Below are positions 1-14,125 of a stretch of DNA of 64,000 nucleotides, in pieces (within the stretch, counting starts at the first letter, position 1; the number at the start of each line of letters is the position of its first letter). The translations under genes and the position numbers were made by a program. The stretch is from positions 11,780,001-11,844,000 of the forward strand of contig OZ281501.1 of NCBI GenBank assembly GCA_965637545.1. Direction: 5' to 3'. Below the pieces are notes generated by a model. The model had not been told where the DNA came from, made no database searches, and saw only the letters and a list, made by a program, of their open reading frames with translations. The stretch is from Phallusia mammillata. Lineage: Eukaryota.

Positions 1-1062
1 CAGCACCATAAACGCCTATGCTCTGTTGCGCCATCTATACCAAACCGGGCGTCAGCTTAGTTCCTGTGTTAGTAGGCTAGTTCTCTCCGCGGGCCGTATG
101 TTGCACGACCCTGGTTTGCACTGTCTCACACACAAACTTTCATTTCAACTACTCCCTCATACAAAAACATCATTTTTGCTTGCAAAGTTCAGTTCCTTTT
201 GAAAATTCCTGGTCGATGTTAGCATGGAGTGAGATGAAATGCCGCTGAAAAATGAACGTTTTGAAATGCGCTAAGTACGCCGGGCTTATGAGGCAAGTCT
301 TGCCATTACGCTCAACAAAAAATATAAGTCTGCCAATCTGTTAAAAAATCCTGTTTTCTTCTTCATAATCTCGTTTGACTGTGCTTTTTTCTTTGCCATT
401 TTCAAGGCTAACTTGGCAAAAACTGTTTACTCAAAACATCTTACTCAAAACGTCCCAGCTGAGAAACTTTGGGTATTTTCATCTAATGCGCATGTGCCAC
501 AAACCTAGGTGTCGAGTTTTGCAAAAGTGCAAGGTGGCGAAACTAAATTCCTTGCGACGTCACTAATGCATTCAACACCAACAATCGCTCAATTTAAACC
601 AAGAGACAAACTGCCCATAAAGTATATTGTTCGCCATAACCCGAAAAACGGATTGAAACATTATTAATTTTGGAACACGTAGCTGCAAATTTTGCTGTTG
701 CTTTGTGTCTCATTCGCATTGTAGAAAACAATAAGCGATCATTCATTGTTCAACAATTGAATATTTGTCGTCATAATCAAGTTATTTGCCACATAATGTT
801 GCAGTTTCGAGTCCAGGTTTGTGGCCATACCGGTAGTAAGTTTGTTTAAAAGCAAAATTGTCTTAGCTTTACTCCAAATTTAACACTTTCTGCACCTGAT
901 CGCCACAAACTAATCAAAATATCCACAGTGCATGCAGCCCCAAACTGCGACAACAACGTAAGAGCCGCATAAAACCAGGCAAAGAGCCGCGGGTTGGCCA
1001 CCCCTGTATTCGACCAATTGTCAATTGTGTTGGATGTCTTGGTCTTTTCTGAAGCTTTAAGT

Positions 1063-1391
1063 CAGGGGTTCCCAACCTTTTTACGATGTCGTACCACTTG
1101 GACGCTCTGTACTGCCACGCGTACCACTTCTTGCAGAACAAGTAATTTGATCGAATCAAATTATATTCAGAAGAATAATATTGGCCTATTAAAATACCAC
1201 TAAAGCACCACAACTAAATGGAATTAGATTTTTGTTTACTGTCCACCATTTGGTCAACAAAACCAGAGTAACAAAATATAAAGTTGTGGATGCAGGTTTT
1301 TGTAAAAAAAAAAACGGAAGCTACTCGCGTACCACCTGAAAAACCTTCGCGTACCACTAGTGGTACGCGTACCACAGGTTGGGAACCCCTG
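1063..1391. mobile_element. hAT-type MITE
   Basis: TIR CAGGGGTTCCCAACCT at both ends; perfect 8-bp TSD ctttaagt. The same family occurs inverted at 39641-39958. Confidence 0.9.
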
Positions 1392-2370
1392 CTTTAAGTG
1401 TATACGCCTGTCAATCAAACTTTCGGGCCTAAACAGGTTTCCCCAAAACAATTCGGGCCGGGTTTCGGGTTTCTACTTTCAGGTTCGGGCCGGGTTTTGG
1501 CTCCAGTTTCAAGCCGGTTTACAACTCTGTGCCAACCACTGTATTAACTTATTGTTTTAGATAGAAAATTACAATAAAATCATGCCGTTGTTCCTGTGTG
1601 ACGAGTTTCGTCGTTAATGCTTTTTGATAAAACATAGATATGAGAACGTGATTGTAAAAATTGGTCCTTAAAATCAGTTTTCAAATCTGACATGCAAACA
1701 GCGAATAGTTTTTTAAAGCACGGTTGTAAAATGGTCAGTACACATTTGTTATTGTTTTTCCACTTTTAGGTGAAACAGTAAAACCTTTATTCTAAAATAT
1801 AAAAACCTCAAAAAAAATCTATTAACATTTACAGCAAACTAATTTCAAAACGCAGAGTTTAAAGTCACATTTCTGGCACTGACATAAACAAACCAAACTG
1901 GCAGATAGTCATTGCTATACACTAGGTGGCACATGTAAGGCGTGTTTCGCTGCCATTCTGTTTTTGGACCAATGTGATAAAACATGTTTACCGAGGTAGT
2001 CTCAACAACAATCGAACGTTCAACGTTAAAGCTATGTAAACTTGGCATAGCTATTTATGGTGTGGTCTAGCTTGTAACTTTTTACGAACTAATATTTCAG
2101 AGATTTACGAAGAAATTGAAGAACTGAGGCGAATTCAAACTTGCCAGACTAATTATTTTTGTGTCGGAAAGTCTTATAGTTAAGCCTACTTCTTTTCAGT
2201 CTGACTCAGACTCCCAGGCTTTCGTTTGCAAACCCCGATGGCTCTGTAGTACATTATCTTTTTATGTTTCTGAAACCAACGATTTAACTTGCCCCAGCAG
2301 ATAGATTTTTTTTAATTTGCCTGACAAATATTTTTGTGTCGGAAAGTCATACGGTCGGCTCACTCTGTAA

Positions 2371-2932
2371 CAGGGGTGGGCAACCTTTTTAACACAAGGG
2401 CCTGTTATGAAAATGAAATGCTTACAAGAGGGCCGCACATCAAATAAAACTAATTCATATTTTCAGCTTTTACTAGAAAATCACAAGTACAAGCGGACAT
2501 AAAATATCATAGCGTCGCTTTTGCACCATTAAGCCAGGTGTTATCACTCGACCATTGGTGCGCACTGCGTTTTTTCTACCGCCCTTTTGTGTGTGTGTGT
2601 GTTTCGCCGCCCTTTTCGCTTTATAATAACTTGTGTTTGCAATGTATGTCATTACCCTGATGAAGGTGTTTCGTATGGGACATCGAAACGTTGGCATATT
2701 AAAATTAAAAAAAACTGCCGGAAGAGCTAAAAATTTTGTTGATAGCAGATACACATTAGTGCAACGGTGTAGGATATGGGTTAAATCGCACTTTAAACAG
2801 GAAACTGAAAGAAAAAAAGGTGCAACATGATGAACACTCAAATAGCCTTATTTGGGGAAAAATAGCCGGAAGAAGATGAAGGACCGTAAAAAAATGGAAA
2901 AGGGCCACATGCGGCCCGCGCGGGCACCCCTG
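2371..2932. mobile_element. hAT-type MITE (degenerate), carrying a hammerhead-like insert
   Basis: Starts CAGGGGTGGGCAACC and ends GGGCACCCCTG; the flanking 8-mers (ctctgtaa/ctgtataa) match only partly. Confidence 0.6.
2655..2695 (+). ncRNA. Penelope-type minimal hammerhead ribozyme motif
   Basis: CTGATGA (2657-2663), one extra A, stem II GGTGT/ACATC, GAAAC (2685-2689), then GTT forming the palindrome AACGTT. Stem I is only cc/gg. Confidence 0.5.
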
Positions 2933-5719
2933 CTGTATAACGTCGTAAATATATACTGCGGTTCGGCCCTATTAGTTTCAAACGTGAACGCCAATTTCCT
3001 AAAGTCTGACTCATTGGTGCCAATGCTTAAGCAGCAGCGGTACAAGAGAACAAGACTTTAGTTTGCGAACTCCAACAGCCCGGTGATGCTTTTTTTTCAA
3101 AATGGACACTGTAAATGCTAACATAAGACATCCACCAACCAAAACATTGGTTCATGATTTTAATTTTCTGGCCACATTTCTTTTTATTCCAAGAAACGTT
3201 TAACTTAGTCCCTCAAAAAGCTTGAGCCAAATTTTACAAACAGTGAACAATAAGACAGGGAACCACTGTGCTATAGGGAGGGAAATGACCGCAAAGCTAT
3301 CATCACATAACGTACAGCTTTGCAAACAGTTAAACAACTATTTTTTTGGCCAACGATTTATGTGTCGCATCAAAGCAAACAGCGAGTCAATAGGAAGCGG
3401 TATCTCTAGGGCAACGTGAGTCGACATCATGCGTAAATTATTAACCGCCAGTTGTTTCACGACCTCTTGACAGTCGAGTGTCGCGTTCAACGAACCGCGC
3501 CCAGTCATTCCGCAATAGATCAACGCGAAGTTGTATTTGATTTAAGCAAGCTTCTGTAAGCAGAGCACGGTTTATATCCGAGTCTTGATTATTTTGACAT
3601 TTAAATTCATCAAGATAGATTGGAGCATTTGCTCTTTCACCTTAAGAATTCACCTTAAGAACATTATGAAAAAGATCAGTAAAGAGTTAAATGTCATTTA
3701 ATTTATTTTCGTACCAGTTATTTTAAACAAAAAACAGTACTACATTGAAAAGACAGAAGCAAGTGTCGGAGAGTATGTAAGGTAATTGAAATTAGTGCAC
3801 ATACGATTTTTGTGTTTACTTCGAAAAAATAGTAAGCAAATAAAAAAGCGATATTTTCAAATAACACCGAAATATATAAAACAAAACGATTCTAACGAGT
3901 TCGTTAAGTTGCTAAAAGAAAAATAGGTCCTCTTTTCTTCATGTCGGTATTCAACATGGGGCGTTTTTATTTCACAACAAATGCGTCATATTTGAACAAA
4001 GGTTTGCTGACGGGTTAAAAGACCAATTTAAAGTGTGAGAACTACTCCAAAGCAATCCTGACGGCGACTTAGGCAAACACTTCGGCTTTTGAGTGACCTA
4101 TTGAGTTGAAAATTCAAATAACTGTCGCTTTATCGGTCTGTCCGAAATACTGTTTTGCAGCTGCGCCTAAAATGCCTTGTGTATTTTGTTGGACTCTGCA
4201 CAAAAGACAGACTGACGCTCAAGGTTATTTGTTTTCTTAGGAGGCAAAGCTGAACGTGATTCATACAGTAAGGGGCGGCTGTTGTGTACAGTTTTGTAAT
4301 GGCCTTCAGTTAGCTGTTACGGCACATTTCGCAATATCAAACGAAATTTTCTGACATTTACTGCTCGAGTCGAAAGGAAACTGTTTAACTCAAAGGCTGC
4401 GCCGACCGCGAGTTTCTACAGAAAAATTGTTACAGTATTTATTGTTGTTATTGTTTTAGTTGCTAAAAAAGTGAATTTGTGCTCAGTTTTTGTAAGGTAA
4501 AAACATCACAGTCAAAATGTACTAAACATTTGACAAAAAGGGCGTTTAAAATGTGAATACGCTTTCCAAAAACATAAAAATCAAATTATGGCTCACAAAT
4601 ATCCTTTCGACGTTGTAAGAAGGTGACAGGATTTGAGTCTTTTGAAAAAAATACGGATCAGAAACGATACACGTAGACGGCATAGATGAAACAACTGCCT
4701 GTGTATTGTATGTTTCAGCGAATGTATACACATATACACGCGCTGAGATTAAATTTTCGAAGTGTTACAAAGAAGCCAGTTCAGATACAGTGAGTATCAA
4801 ATTCCTACTCGCGTCACTACAAAATTCGCCAGGCAACCAAAGCTTCACGAAACCTTATCCTTTCCCAGGGAGAATGCTATGGCATACCCCGATTACCGAT
4901 GGAATTAGGTGAGAGTAAACTTGGGCAATTAGCTTGAGTTCATTGTTCCTTTACTTCTAAAGTTTGCACAAACTGCACTGTGACCGATCCCCCCGAAATA
5001 TTTAGCTGTAATCATTCTTTTATAGTTGTAGTTCTATAATAATGGTAGTTTACGTCAATTTAGTAGCCTATGCATGACAGACGACATGCTTATCAACTCT
5101 CAACTGTTCTAAACGCTGAATTTGTTTATTTAGTACTGCGGTGCAGAGTAGCAGACTAAATTATTATCTTGAGAAATAGTTCAAATGTATTCTTGTCCTC
5201 TTGAGGTTCCGGCATTGTGCTTTGCGAGCCATGGAATTATTTGACCAGATTACGTACATGTCAATCCATTGTTGCTGACGCTCTCCTCTTCAAACTGTAT
5301 GTTGACTTGCTCACAGAAAAAAGACAATGCGGTGAAACCACAACAATGGTGCGGACTTGTGTTAACGTCCCTCAACGGTTCACTGTTCTGTTTTGCCTTG
5401 CCTCGCTTAGTGTGGTCGAAAGCTTATCGCAAATTGTGTACTTTGTTCGGATGTACAAATCGTCCAGAACCGCTGAAAGGAAAAGCAGTGTAGCCTTGTT
5501 ACTGTTACAGCACTTATGTTAGATACTGTAAAGCAGTAGACAAAAGGGATTAATGATGCACAATAAAATAATATGAAATTTATCAAACAGCTTGTCACAT
5601 CGTTGTTTTACTCTTTGTAGATTAACTTTAAACTCTTTGCCAGATTTATTACTTGATCTGTGGCTCAAACAGCAAATTTATGTCGCAACATTGTTGTAAT
5701 AAATCTCAACTTGAACTGA

Positions 5720-8151
5720 ATGCCAATGGCTGCAGCGGATCTGGCCGAATTTTCGACAACATCCCTAGGTGACTTGCCAGGGAACAAGATGGCCCCTCTA
5801 GAGTTTTTTAGAACAAGCCCAAGAAAGTCTGAAACCAACAGCAGCGAGCCAAAAAGAGGTCTAAGGCTTACACCAGGCAGTAGCACCGAAAACAAAAGGT
5901 TAAGTGCGCGACTTGAACCTCTGACTGGTGTCCACGTGCCTAGGACAGAGTACCCGAAAGACAAACAATCTTTGGCTGTAAGAGACTTGGCTCTGAGCTT
6001 GCCAAAGCCGGATACTACTCGCATAGACAATCCCGATTTGTCGGCAACAAATAATATGGAAGACGACAACTTAGTCAATTCATACCGTACACCACGCCAC
6101 TCATTCTCAGAGCAAAGAGAACGTCTACTTCTTGACAATCTTATCCAATATGATGAGGATGAAGCTGAGAGGTTTCTACAGTCTCAAGGTGACGAGGAAT
6201 TGTATCGACGATGGCGCGAAGGAGAGACTTCAGGGAGAAAGCTGACCAACGAAACCAAATCTAATAGACAGAGCAGCAGTAAGCCACCGAACCCCAACGT
6301 AAAATCAAATTTTCATCCTAAAAAGGAAGCGATATGTGGATGGGAGACGGATACTAAGAAAACAAAGCGGGACAAACCGTGGGGCAGATCGGAGAGACGA
6401 AACAGAGCAAGTGCAGTGAATAACAGTCGAGGTTATGCATCTGGCGATAAAAACTCACAAATGGATTCAACTTTCAAATTTTTTCACTACACCGACATTG
6501 CACTTTACATACAACAGTACCGAAACACGTACAGCAACCATGGGCCCGAACAAAGTCAACCAAGCAACGGTAAGCTGAGTTTTTACTGCTCCTACACAAA
6601 ATAACGTTATAACGTTACGATCACGATGATAATCTGCTTACTATCACGACATTTCTAAGCAGTCATGGTCTAACAAACGTTTTACTGTGGATAATTTTTA
6701 CACATTTTACAACGATTAAACACAAATTGTTGTCGACGAAACCACAGACGTGAACATTTCTTTGACTAAAAACCCTTACAAGATTTTTTTATTCATTGTG
6801 ATGTAAAGATTCAATTTGAACCGACTCCTCAGTTGTTTATTACCGCATGTTGCAAGGTTAACTAAAGCAAGGACTCTCAGTAAATGTGTTCATAAAATTG
6901 TTAATGCAACAGGAATTGTCAAAATAATCTGAAGGAAGTGTAGGTTACATTTCTAGAAGTAAAAAAAAATATTGTTTGTCCATGGACACATTTTAAAAAT
7001 GTCTGCTACAAACAATGACTTGGGTAATATTGTTTTTTTTTCACGTTTAGGTTTATACACCCAATATTTCGACAAATCGTGTCTGCGCCTTGATACCCGC
7101 GATTTTCCTGTCAAGTTGGATCTTGCCTCGTCGCAAGATCTAGTTCCGATGCGACACAAATTTACGACCAATCACGTGATCGTAAAGAAAGATGAAGCAC
7201 CACCCCCTGCCTCCCCGCCACAAAGAAAACCAGCTGCCATCCCGGTACGAGTTGAGACAAGACCGTATTTACATTTATTGGAGAAAAATAATCCCATCAT
7301 AAAACTGATCACATTGGTAGTTTAAATAAGGCGGTTTTCGCTAAACCTCCACTAATGTGCACTTCAGGAAGAACTTATATTGTAGGTTATTTCCGAATAC
7401 TAGGATAAATAAAGCTTTAAAAAGAAAATCTATACAAGATATGACAACTTTTTCAGAAATTTGAAAAAGTTTAACCTACATCCAAAGAGTATGACTAACT
7501 GGATTTTTGTTTTTTCCGACCCAATTCGAGCTCACATTTTCTTGTTGACCTTGTCTGATAGGAGGTTTCTCCCCTTCCTAACTGTGCTTCACCCGCTGCT
7601 CTGCATCCAAGATTCTCTACACCAAAACCCCCTTCGCCCTCCGTAAAGCTAGAAACAACTTACAGGTAATTAAAAGTCTTCCAGCAACACTCAAAAATAA
7701 ATAACGTGATCATGATGTTTCAACGAGATTTGAATCGTAGATAGTCTGATAGTTACCTTTAAGGTTGAGGCGCGCCGGACCTTAACGTTTAAATGTTTGC
7801 GAATGCTCTTTGCGCCACCTAACGGTATTCAGGAAACTCGTCTGTGTGAGTTATTGTTTTAGTAGATTTTCCTACCTTATATGCGTAGAAAATTAATTAA
7901 TAAATGCAGACAAACTACCAGTGTAAATAATATTTTAATCAATTACATGTATCCCGCAATATTACTTTGTTAGGTGCCACAACACTTTTAAAAACAGCTG
8001 GCACCAGGCTGTGAGAAAAACGCCTGACTCACAAGCTTCTTCATCGTCTCAGCCAAACTCTGTAGGTTCTGGTGGTGCTTCCTCATCCCATCATCGTCAA
8101 CAGGTGAAATACTACCTTCCACCCAAGATGGGGCCACGTTGAATTACCTTG
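5720..8151 (+). CDS. Multi-exon gene for an unknown low-complexity/disordered protein
   Basis: Phase-compatible GT-AG exons 5720-6569, 7051-7244, 7562-7665 and 7998-8151 (stop TGA). The 3' end is uncertain because there is an alternative donor at 8104. Ser/Pro/Lys/Arg-rich; no domain recognised. Confidence 0.55.
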
Positions 8152-9091
8152 ATTTTTCAATTGGCACAATCACCTATTATGTTGGTGTGATAACAATTAA
8201 CCTAATAAGATTGGTGTGAAAGCATGGTGTTGTAGATGGATAATCGTTTGGCTGCATGTTATGTAACACAAAATTAACCTACTAATCGACGAATTTTTGT
8301 TGTGTTTCTGATTTTACCAGGGACTTCGGCCTGTTTACGCAGTCTCAAGACAGTATGTGACCTTAGCAGCACCGGTGATAGTACGAAGGATTCACAACCG
8401 TTCCTAATTTTTCAAGAAAACTTCGACGTGTTTTAGCTTATATTGTATAATTAAACCTACCTCGAAGATTATATAAGTCAGCTAAACATTTCAGATAGCG
8501 CGAAATTTCACAGACCGTCCGTCATCCCAATCGCACTGTTCAGTTAAACCTCATTCCTACAACAAAATAACACCTCACTTTTTAACAAAGTATGTTTTTT
8601 GATCTGTGTTTTTATAAACAGCGTTTTGCATTTTTGCCCTTGTGCGGGATGTGAGTTATAAAGCTTTTAAATATCAATGTTGCAGTCAAGTAACATTACA
8701 AGATTGGATGTGAAACTATAGTCCATATATCACTCATGTACACCTTATGTTTGCTTGGTGAAACGCTGTTTTCCTAATAAAATACGCGCAAAGGTTTGCG
8801 TGTTTTGTTTGTTTACTGCACGAGTATAAACGTAGGCAATAACAAAAATAATTCATTTTACAATCGTAGACGAATTTGATTTTAGACACAATCTTAACCA
8901 GGTTAATATTGAAAAAAATCAATATTAATATCAAATCGACCTGTCACTAATCTGTTCAATCGCTAATATTGAGGTGATTTGTGTTGCTGCAAAGCTAGTT
9001 AAAACGCTTGGAATATTATGTGGCTTTTGCTGGGCAAATTTAAGAAACACGATTTCTATTTTAGTTGTACAGTGAGTTGAACCAGAATAAT

Positions 9092-10033
9092 ATGTTGATG
9101 CCCGGCAACCATCAAGACCGCGATACACAAACAATCAGACCAGCACATTTTAGCGTCAAAGGAGCGACACAAAGTTTGACTGAAATAACAGCATATTCAC
9201 AAGCGCGGGTATCAGGTAGAGTCATTCATTCTGCCGGTGCACGACCATGTACACGAGAGGTCGACGAAGAGCTGGATGTTGACGTACCATATCAGACGTC
9301 ACATAAAAGTTTCTCGTCTACGAGACTGCGTCAAATTACATTCGACGACAATGCTCTTCGCGAACGATGCGAAACTAGAAAACAGCATTACATTACATTA
9401 AATGACGGAAAACAAGATCATGCTTCGAATTTTGAAGAAGTGCCTGACAAACGAACGTCCCCTGATCTATCCGAACGAAAAATTCGATTAAAAGCGTTAA
9501 TCGCGGCTGAAATACGTAGTCTACAGCAACGAAAAGCCATGACCACAGAACAGAAAAAGAAGCTGGATAACTTCAGAAGGGCGCTCTCCAATTCCACTTA
9601 CCATCACTCGGGCAGTGCAAGCCCAATACCAACACCACGTTTGTCTGGAAGCATACGAGCCTTCTACACAAGGACAGCTGATTCTAAATCTGTCAGTGGA
9701 CGCAAAGCACCACGCTACGAGAGCGGTCAGCGCCAGCACAACTCCCGTAAAATGGATAGTATTGAGGACAACCAACCTATCATATATGTCACCCAGCCTA
9801 AATTGAGGAAGCAAAGCCTACCAAAACCAACAGACAAGCAGGAAACATCAAGCGGCAGAAGAATAATTGGTGGGGTGACAAGCAAACGAGGGGCCAAAAA
9901 CGGCGACTTTCACCAGTTTACAAGCATTACAGACTTGCTGAGCGCTAAAAGACGACACAACAAAGCACCAAGTGCCGTAGGCAGCACTAAAACTGTCCCT
10001 CAGCGAAAACCAAAACGTAACGTTGGTCGATAA
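9092..10033 (+). CDS. Unknown basic, Ser/Arg/Lys/Thr-rich protein (single exon, or last exon of the upstream gene)
   Basis: Open frame 9065-10033 (322 codons) in AT-rich DNA; first ATG at 9092; no domain recognised. Confidence 0.55.
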   Translation: MLMPGNHQDRDTQTIRPAHFSVKGATQSLTEITAYSQARVSGRVIHSAGARPCTREVDEELDVDVPYQTSHKSFSSTRLRQITFDDNALRERCETRKQHYITLNDGKQDHASNFEEVPDKRTSPDLSERKIRLKALIAAEIRSLQQRKAMTTEQKKKLDNFRRALSNSTYHHSGSASPIPTPRLSGSIRAFYTRTADSKSVSGRKAPRYESGQRQHNSRKMDSIEDNQPIIYVTQPKLRKQSLPKPTDKQETSSGRRIIGGVTSKRGAKNGDFHQFTSITDLLSAKRRHNKAPSAVGSTKTVPQRKPKRNVGR

Positions 10034-11100
10034 TCGAAATTTGTCACTGTTGAAATTAAACAAAGACATTTTGTATTGCGTGTTGATGCGATTTAGCCTT
10101 ATTTTGTTACATAGAAGAAGGTACAGTCGTACGGACGCAAAGTTTCTCAACTACCTAATGTAGTTATGTCAAAAACTAGGTGTAAAGTCACCTTTCCCGC
10201 AGTTAAAAACAGCAATAAAAACTGCAATATTCACATTTAACAGTATCACGTGACCGCCAATGGAACAGTGTTTATATATTCTTTACAATTTGCCATCATA
10301 GTTCACAGTCGTAAAAAGTACATTGAGTTGTACTTGCTAACCAGTCGATACATACAGAAACAAACAAACACTGGCCAACGTAGAAACCTGAAAATGATGT
10401 CAAGACTGGTTCGCGCATGCGCAGACGTGACGAAACAATCAAACGCTTGTTGTGCAATGTGCAATGAACCGAGTAACTAGAGTTTGCAATAGAAATTCTT
10501 ACACCAACCGACTAGTTGGTTATTGTGCATTAACATATTAGTAGTACAGTAACTTCCAGATTTTCCTCAGTATTGCCGTTTTCAAAATACTGTAGTTTAC
10601 GTGACGCTAAAATACCAGTGTGTTTGAAAATTATTTCTGAGCACGGATTTTAAGTTCAGGACATGGGCGGAAAGTGCACAAATCGAATGTTCTTGCTGCA
10701 TAACTATTGCATTCTTGTTTTTCGGCAGCAGAATGATAAATAAGACTTAGCCATGCTGCAAATTGCAAGAAAAAATAAATACTCTATTAATTCACTTTGA
10801 TTTCAGCATTTCAGTTTGCAAAGGCTTTGAAAGGGTTGTTGAAAAATGCAACGTTTTGGTAATTTGTAACGCGACAATTGTCGCGTGTCGCTTAAAATTT
10901 TTCCAAATTTTTCCAAAATTTTAACAAAGTTAAAATAATCTCATACAGATTAAGCATTTCGTTGATCAATTGTGAGAGCAGCAAAAAACTAAAGTGCTAT
11001 AAAGAAATTTATAAATAAATTTCTCTGCATTCAAAGTTTACAGTTCAAATCTAAAAGATGAATGTATTTTTTTCAAATTGTAGATGAGCTTAGTTGGTTA

Positions 11101-12061
11101 TTACATAAAATATTTAAACTCTGATCCTGGAACGATTTGTGTCAAGAAGAAAGAAGCAGCAAGTAAATCACCAAGAATGTTAAAATCATCACTTACAACT
11201 ATTACCAACACAAGGAATTTTCTGATTCAAAGGACTTTTATCTCACTCATTAACCTGGCATATGCTGCCCGTACAAGAATTCCAATAATACTGTCTTCTA
11301 TATTCTTTTTGTTTAACCTGCCCCTGATCCGAATTGAAATTAACATCGACATTAGGTGACATGCAATCACATCTCAACTATGTTTTAATGTTGCAATACT
11401 TCCTGATGGTTTAAAACCAATATTTTAATTAATGAGGGGTATAACCACTTGTTTTTATGACTAAAATTAACATTGCTACATATGTTTGTTTGTTTGTTAA
11501 TGTGATTGAAGACTGGAAGTATATGTGTTTTTATTGTCTAATTGTAAAAGATTTCAGTGTCCAAGATCAACACATGTACCTACTGTAGGTACATCTTTGT
11601 ATTAAAATGAGCAAAACAATATATTTTTATCATGTCACAAGTGTTTTTCAGTTTAGGCTAGTTAAAACAGTTTCAAGCTGTTTCAGCCGAATGGTGCCAC
11701 TTTTCTTTTCACAACATTAGTTTCGATTCACATGTTTATTGGATATCCTACCAAAACAACGAATTCTCCTGGAGCAGCTTACTTGCAAATGATTCTGTTT
11801 CTGACATCAAAATGGACAACCGAAAGATTGTTTCTGTCTTATCAGTTTTTTTGTCAAATGAGGCAAAAATCATGAAAAGGAATCTTGGATGACTCCATCG
11901 ATTCTGTAAAAGACATTTCCAACATAACATCCCATGTCACCGGACCACTTAACCATTGTTAAATTGATAGTTGAAGTTGTTAACTCTAAATGTCAATGTA
12001 CCCTTTCATCAAACACATTTCCACTGTCATTTAACTGGAACTTTTGCTTTTTATTAAACAT
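11101..12061 (-). CDS. Putative multi-exon gene of unknown function with an in-frame TGA
   Basis: Phase-compatible exons 12061-12002 (MFNKKQKF...DER), 11903-11783, 11402-11247 and 11198-11101. In-frame TGA at 11376-11374; the last intron is only 48 nt. Confidence 0.3.
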
Positions 12062-13097
12062 ATCTAATGTTGCTTAATATCTGTTTTGTTTCATTTTTTA
12101 TGACGTACAATGCAATGAAAAGCCAATGACATTAATGTTTAATGGCTAGGCCCAGTGTTTTTTTAAGGTGTTTTTTCTCCAGCGGTTTCCCAAAATTTGA
12201 ATATGGCTATTTTTTGGTATTTAAATGAAACACTTGCGGTCTCTTAAAACTACTTAGCGGTCACCCAAACCAAACCTTAAAAAAAACCTGGCTAGGCCTA
12301 CTATGACCTATTATAAGCAGATAACCCACCACTGGTGTGGGGACCCATTTGTTTATACATGCAGAAAGCCTGTAACAGGGTTACCCAACTAGCCGTCCAC
12401 ATCCCGACCTTTTAAAGCGTTTTGTATGGACCTCGCTGTCTGTATTACTGCTACGTACACTACGCACTACGCTGTATAGACGTTTATGTGTCAAATATTT
12501 GATAATTGCTATGTGGGCAGAGATTTTCAAGTGATTTATAGGGGACTCTTGGAAAGTCTGAAGCAGTGGTGCCCAACTCGTCGATCTCCGACTGATATCA
12601 AGTCGATCACGAGGCATGCAGAAAATCTGTACATTTACTGCGAAAATAAATCGGTAGGACATGTTCACATCACAAAACGAGAAAAACGTTGTCGCACGAG
12701 AATTCATGGGGCGACTTTGCACGCTTTTAACAACGCAAAGGATATGGTTTTGGGTGACGTTGGAAAGCCAGTTTAAACTGTGTTTATCAATAGACTGTGG
12801 AAAAGATTTGAACCGCATTAATAGCCCAAATTGTGATTGAATTAAATATAGTATGTACAAATGGTGGTAGATTCCTGAAGATTAAAAATTAGACTTAATT
12901 TGCGCAGCAATAAGGCAATAAAATTGCCAAATCATGATATGAAGAACATGTGTTACAAAAAAATCCGCAGCCATATTTGGTCATCATTCATGTGTATCCG
13001 TGTTTCCAAGAAAGGAAATGAGCGCCAACGATTTGCTTTTAATTTGATATAGGCTAGCACGAAACTAGGGAAATTACTCTAATATAAGAGTCTAGTT

Positions 13098-13750
13098 CAG
13101 GGGTGTCCAACTCGAACACACCGCCTTGCCAAATTTAGTTTAAAATATAGTGGCGTGCCAACGTTTGGTACTTTGTCCAAACCATTTCTTAAACGTCTTA
13201 ACAGTACGGGCTCAATTTATGATACTACAAAAAACATTTATTATGTTAATGCGACACAAGATACAAATAGTTTGCAACGGGGCTTAAGTTTTGTTAAAAA
13301 ACGAACAATTTATATAACTTAGTGGGTAGTGCTACTGGTAATCTTTACAGAAGTTAGAATAAAGGCCAAGAAGAATCAATAGAAACAAATTTAATTGCGT
13401 GACAAATCCTATAATGTTTACCATCTGAATTTGCAAAAGCTTGTGTGCCATTTTCAAATGCTCTGCGTTTATAAATGTCAAAATTGGATCGCGGGCCGCA
13501 CATGTTCATCACACAAAGTGATTTTGCTTTGTTTCTTACCAAATATGCTTAACTACAAGTATAATTTGTATTTGATTCTAGCCACATTTTGCCAGGTCGC
13601 AGAAAACTACATCTGGCGCATTAATCAGCTCAAAAATGTGTAATAATTGGACTCGTTTGCCAGTACTTTTGAAATCCAAGAGTCTCTGCGGGCCGCACAA
13701 CTTTTATTGAGGGGCGCATGCGGCCCGCGGGCGCAGGTTGCCCACCCCTC
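13098..13750. mobile_element. hAT-type MITE, degenerate or composite
   Basis: Starts CAGGGGTGTCCAAC and ends gcgggcgcaggttgcccacccctc; no TSD match. Confidence 0.45.
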
Positions 13751-14125
13751 TGGTGTACACAAACTAAACTGTAATCTATTAGCGCAATCGTTCACTGCAA
13801 TTTGTTTTGGGCGAAATAAACCTAGCTAAATATAAATTTACCGATAGGCTGCTTTTATAACGGTAATCTGCCCTTTTGTTTGGCAAGTCCGTTTGCGCTT
13901 TTTGATAGTGACTTTTGGTAAAGTATTTTAAACTATTTTTAAGTTTGTTGAATATTCTGTCTTAAATATTTGTAGAAGAACCGTCATTAATGACGAGTCA
14001 CAATGTACCGAATTAGAAAGCAATTTGTGAAATGACAAAACAAAACCACGCCACATGCAATGAGTTTGCAAAAATCTTTGCGTATAAAAGTACTTAAGTT
14101 TTATTTCTCCGGGAAGATAGGCAAA

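Noticed and set aside
5665-6138. Antisense ORFs (also 9521-9814, 28368-28610, 30042-30260, 32155-32510, 56550-56846, 59958-60254)
   Set aside because: They are shadows of genuine opposite-strand coding sequence and have no independent motifs.
10413-10422. GCGCATGCGC NRF1-like sites (also ~20316 and 24551)
   Set aside because: One lies inside a transposon and none can be tied to a transcription start from sequence alone.
11250-11380. Alternative minus-strand frame containing YYWNSCTG, resembling a WW domain
   Set aside because: It lacks both signature tryptophan positions and is not phase-compatible with the neighbouring exons.
12381-12860. 159-aa minus-strand ORF and overlapping 96-aa plus-strand ORF
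   Set aside because: No recognisable motif or supporting splice structure; part of it overlaps repeat-like sequence (cagtggtgcccaact).
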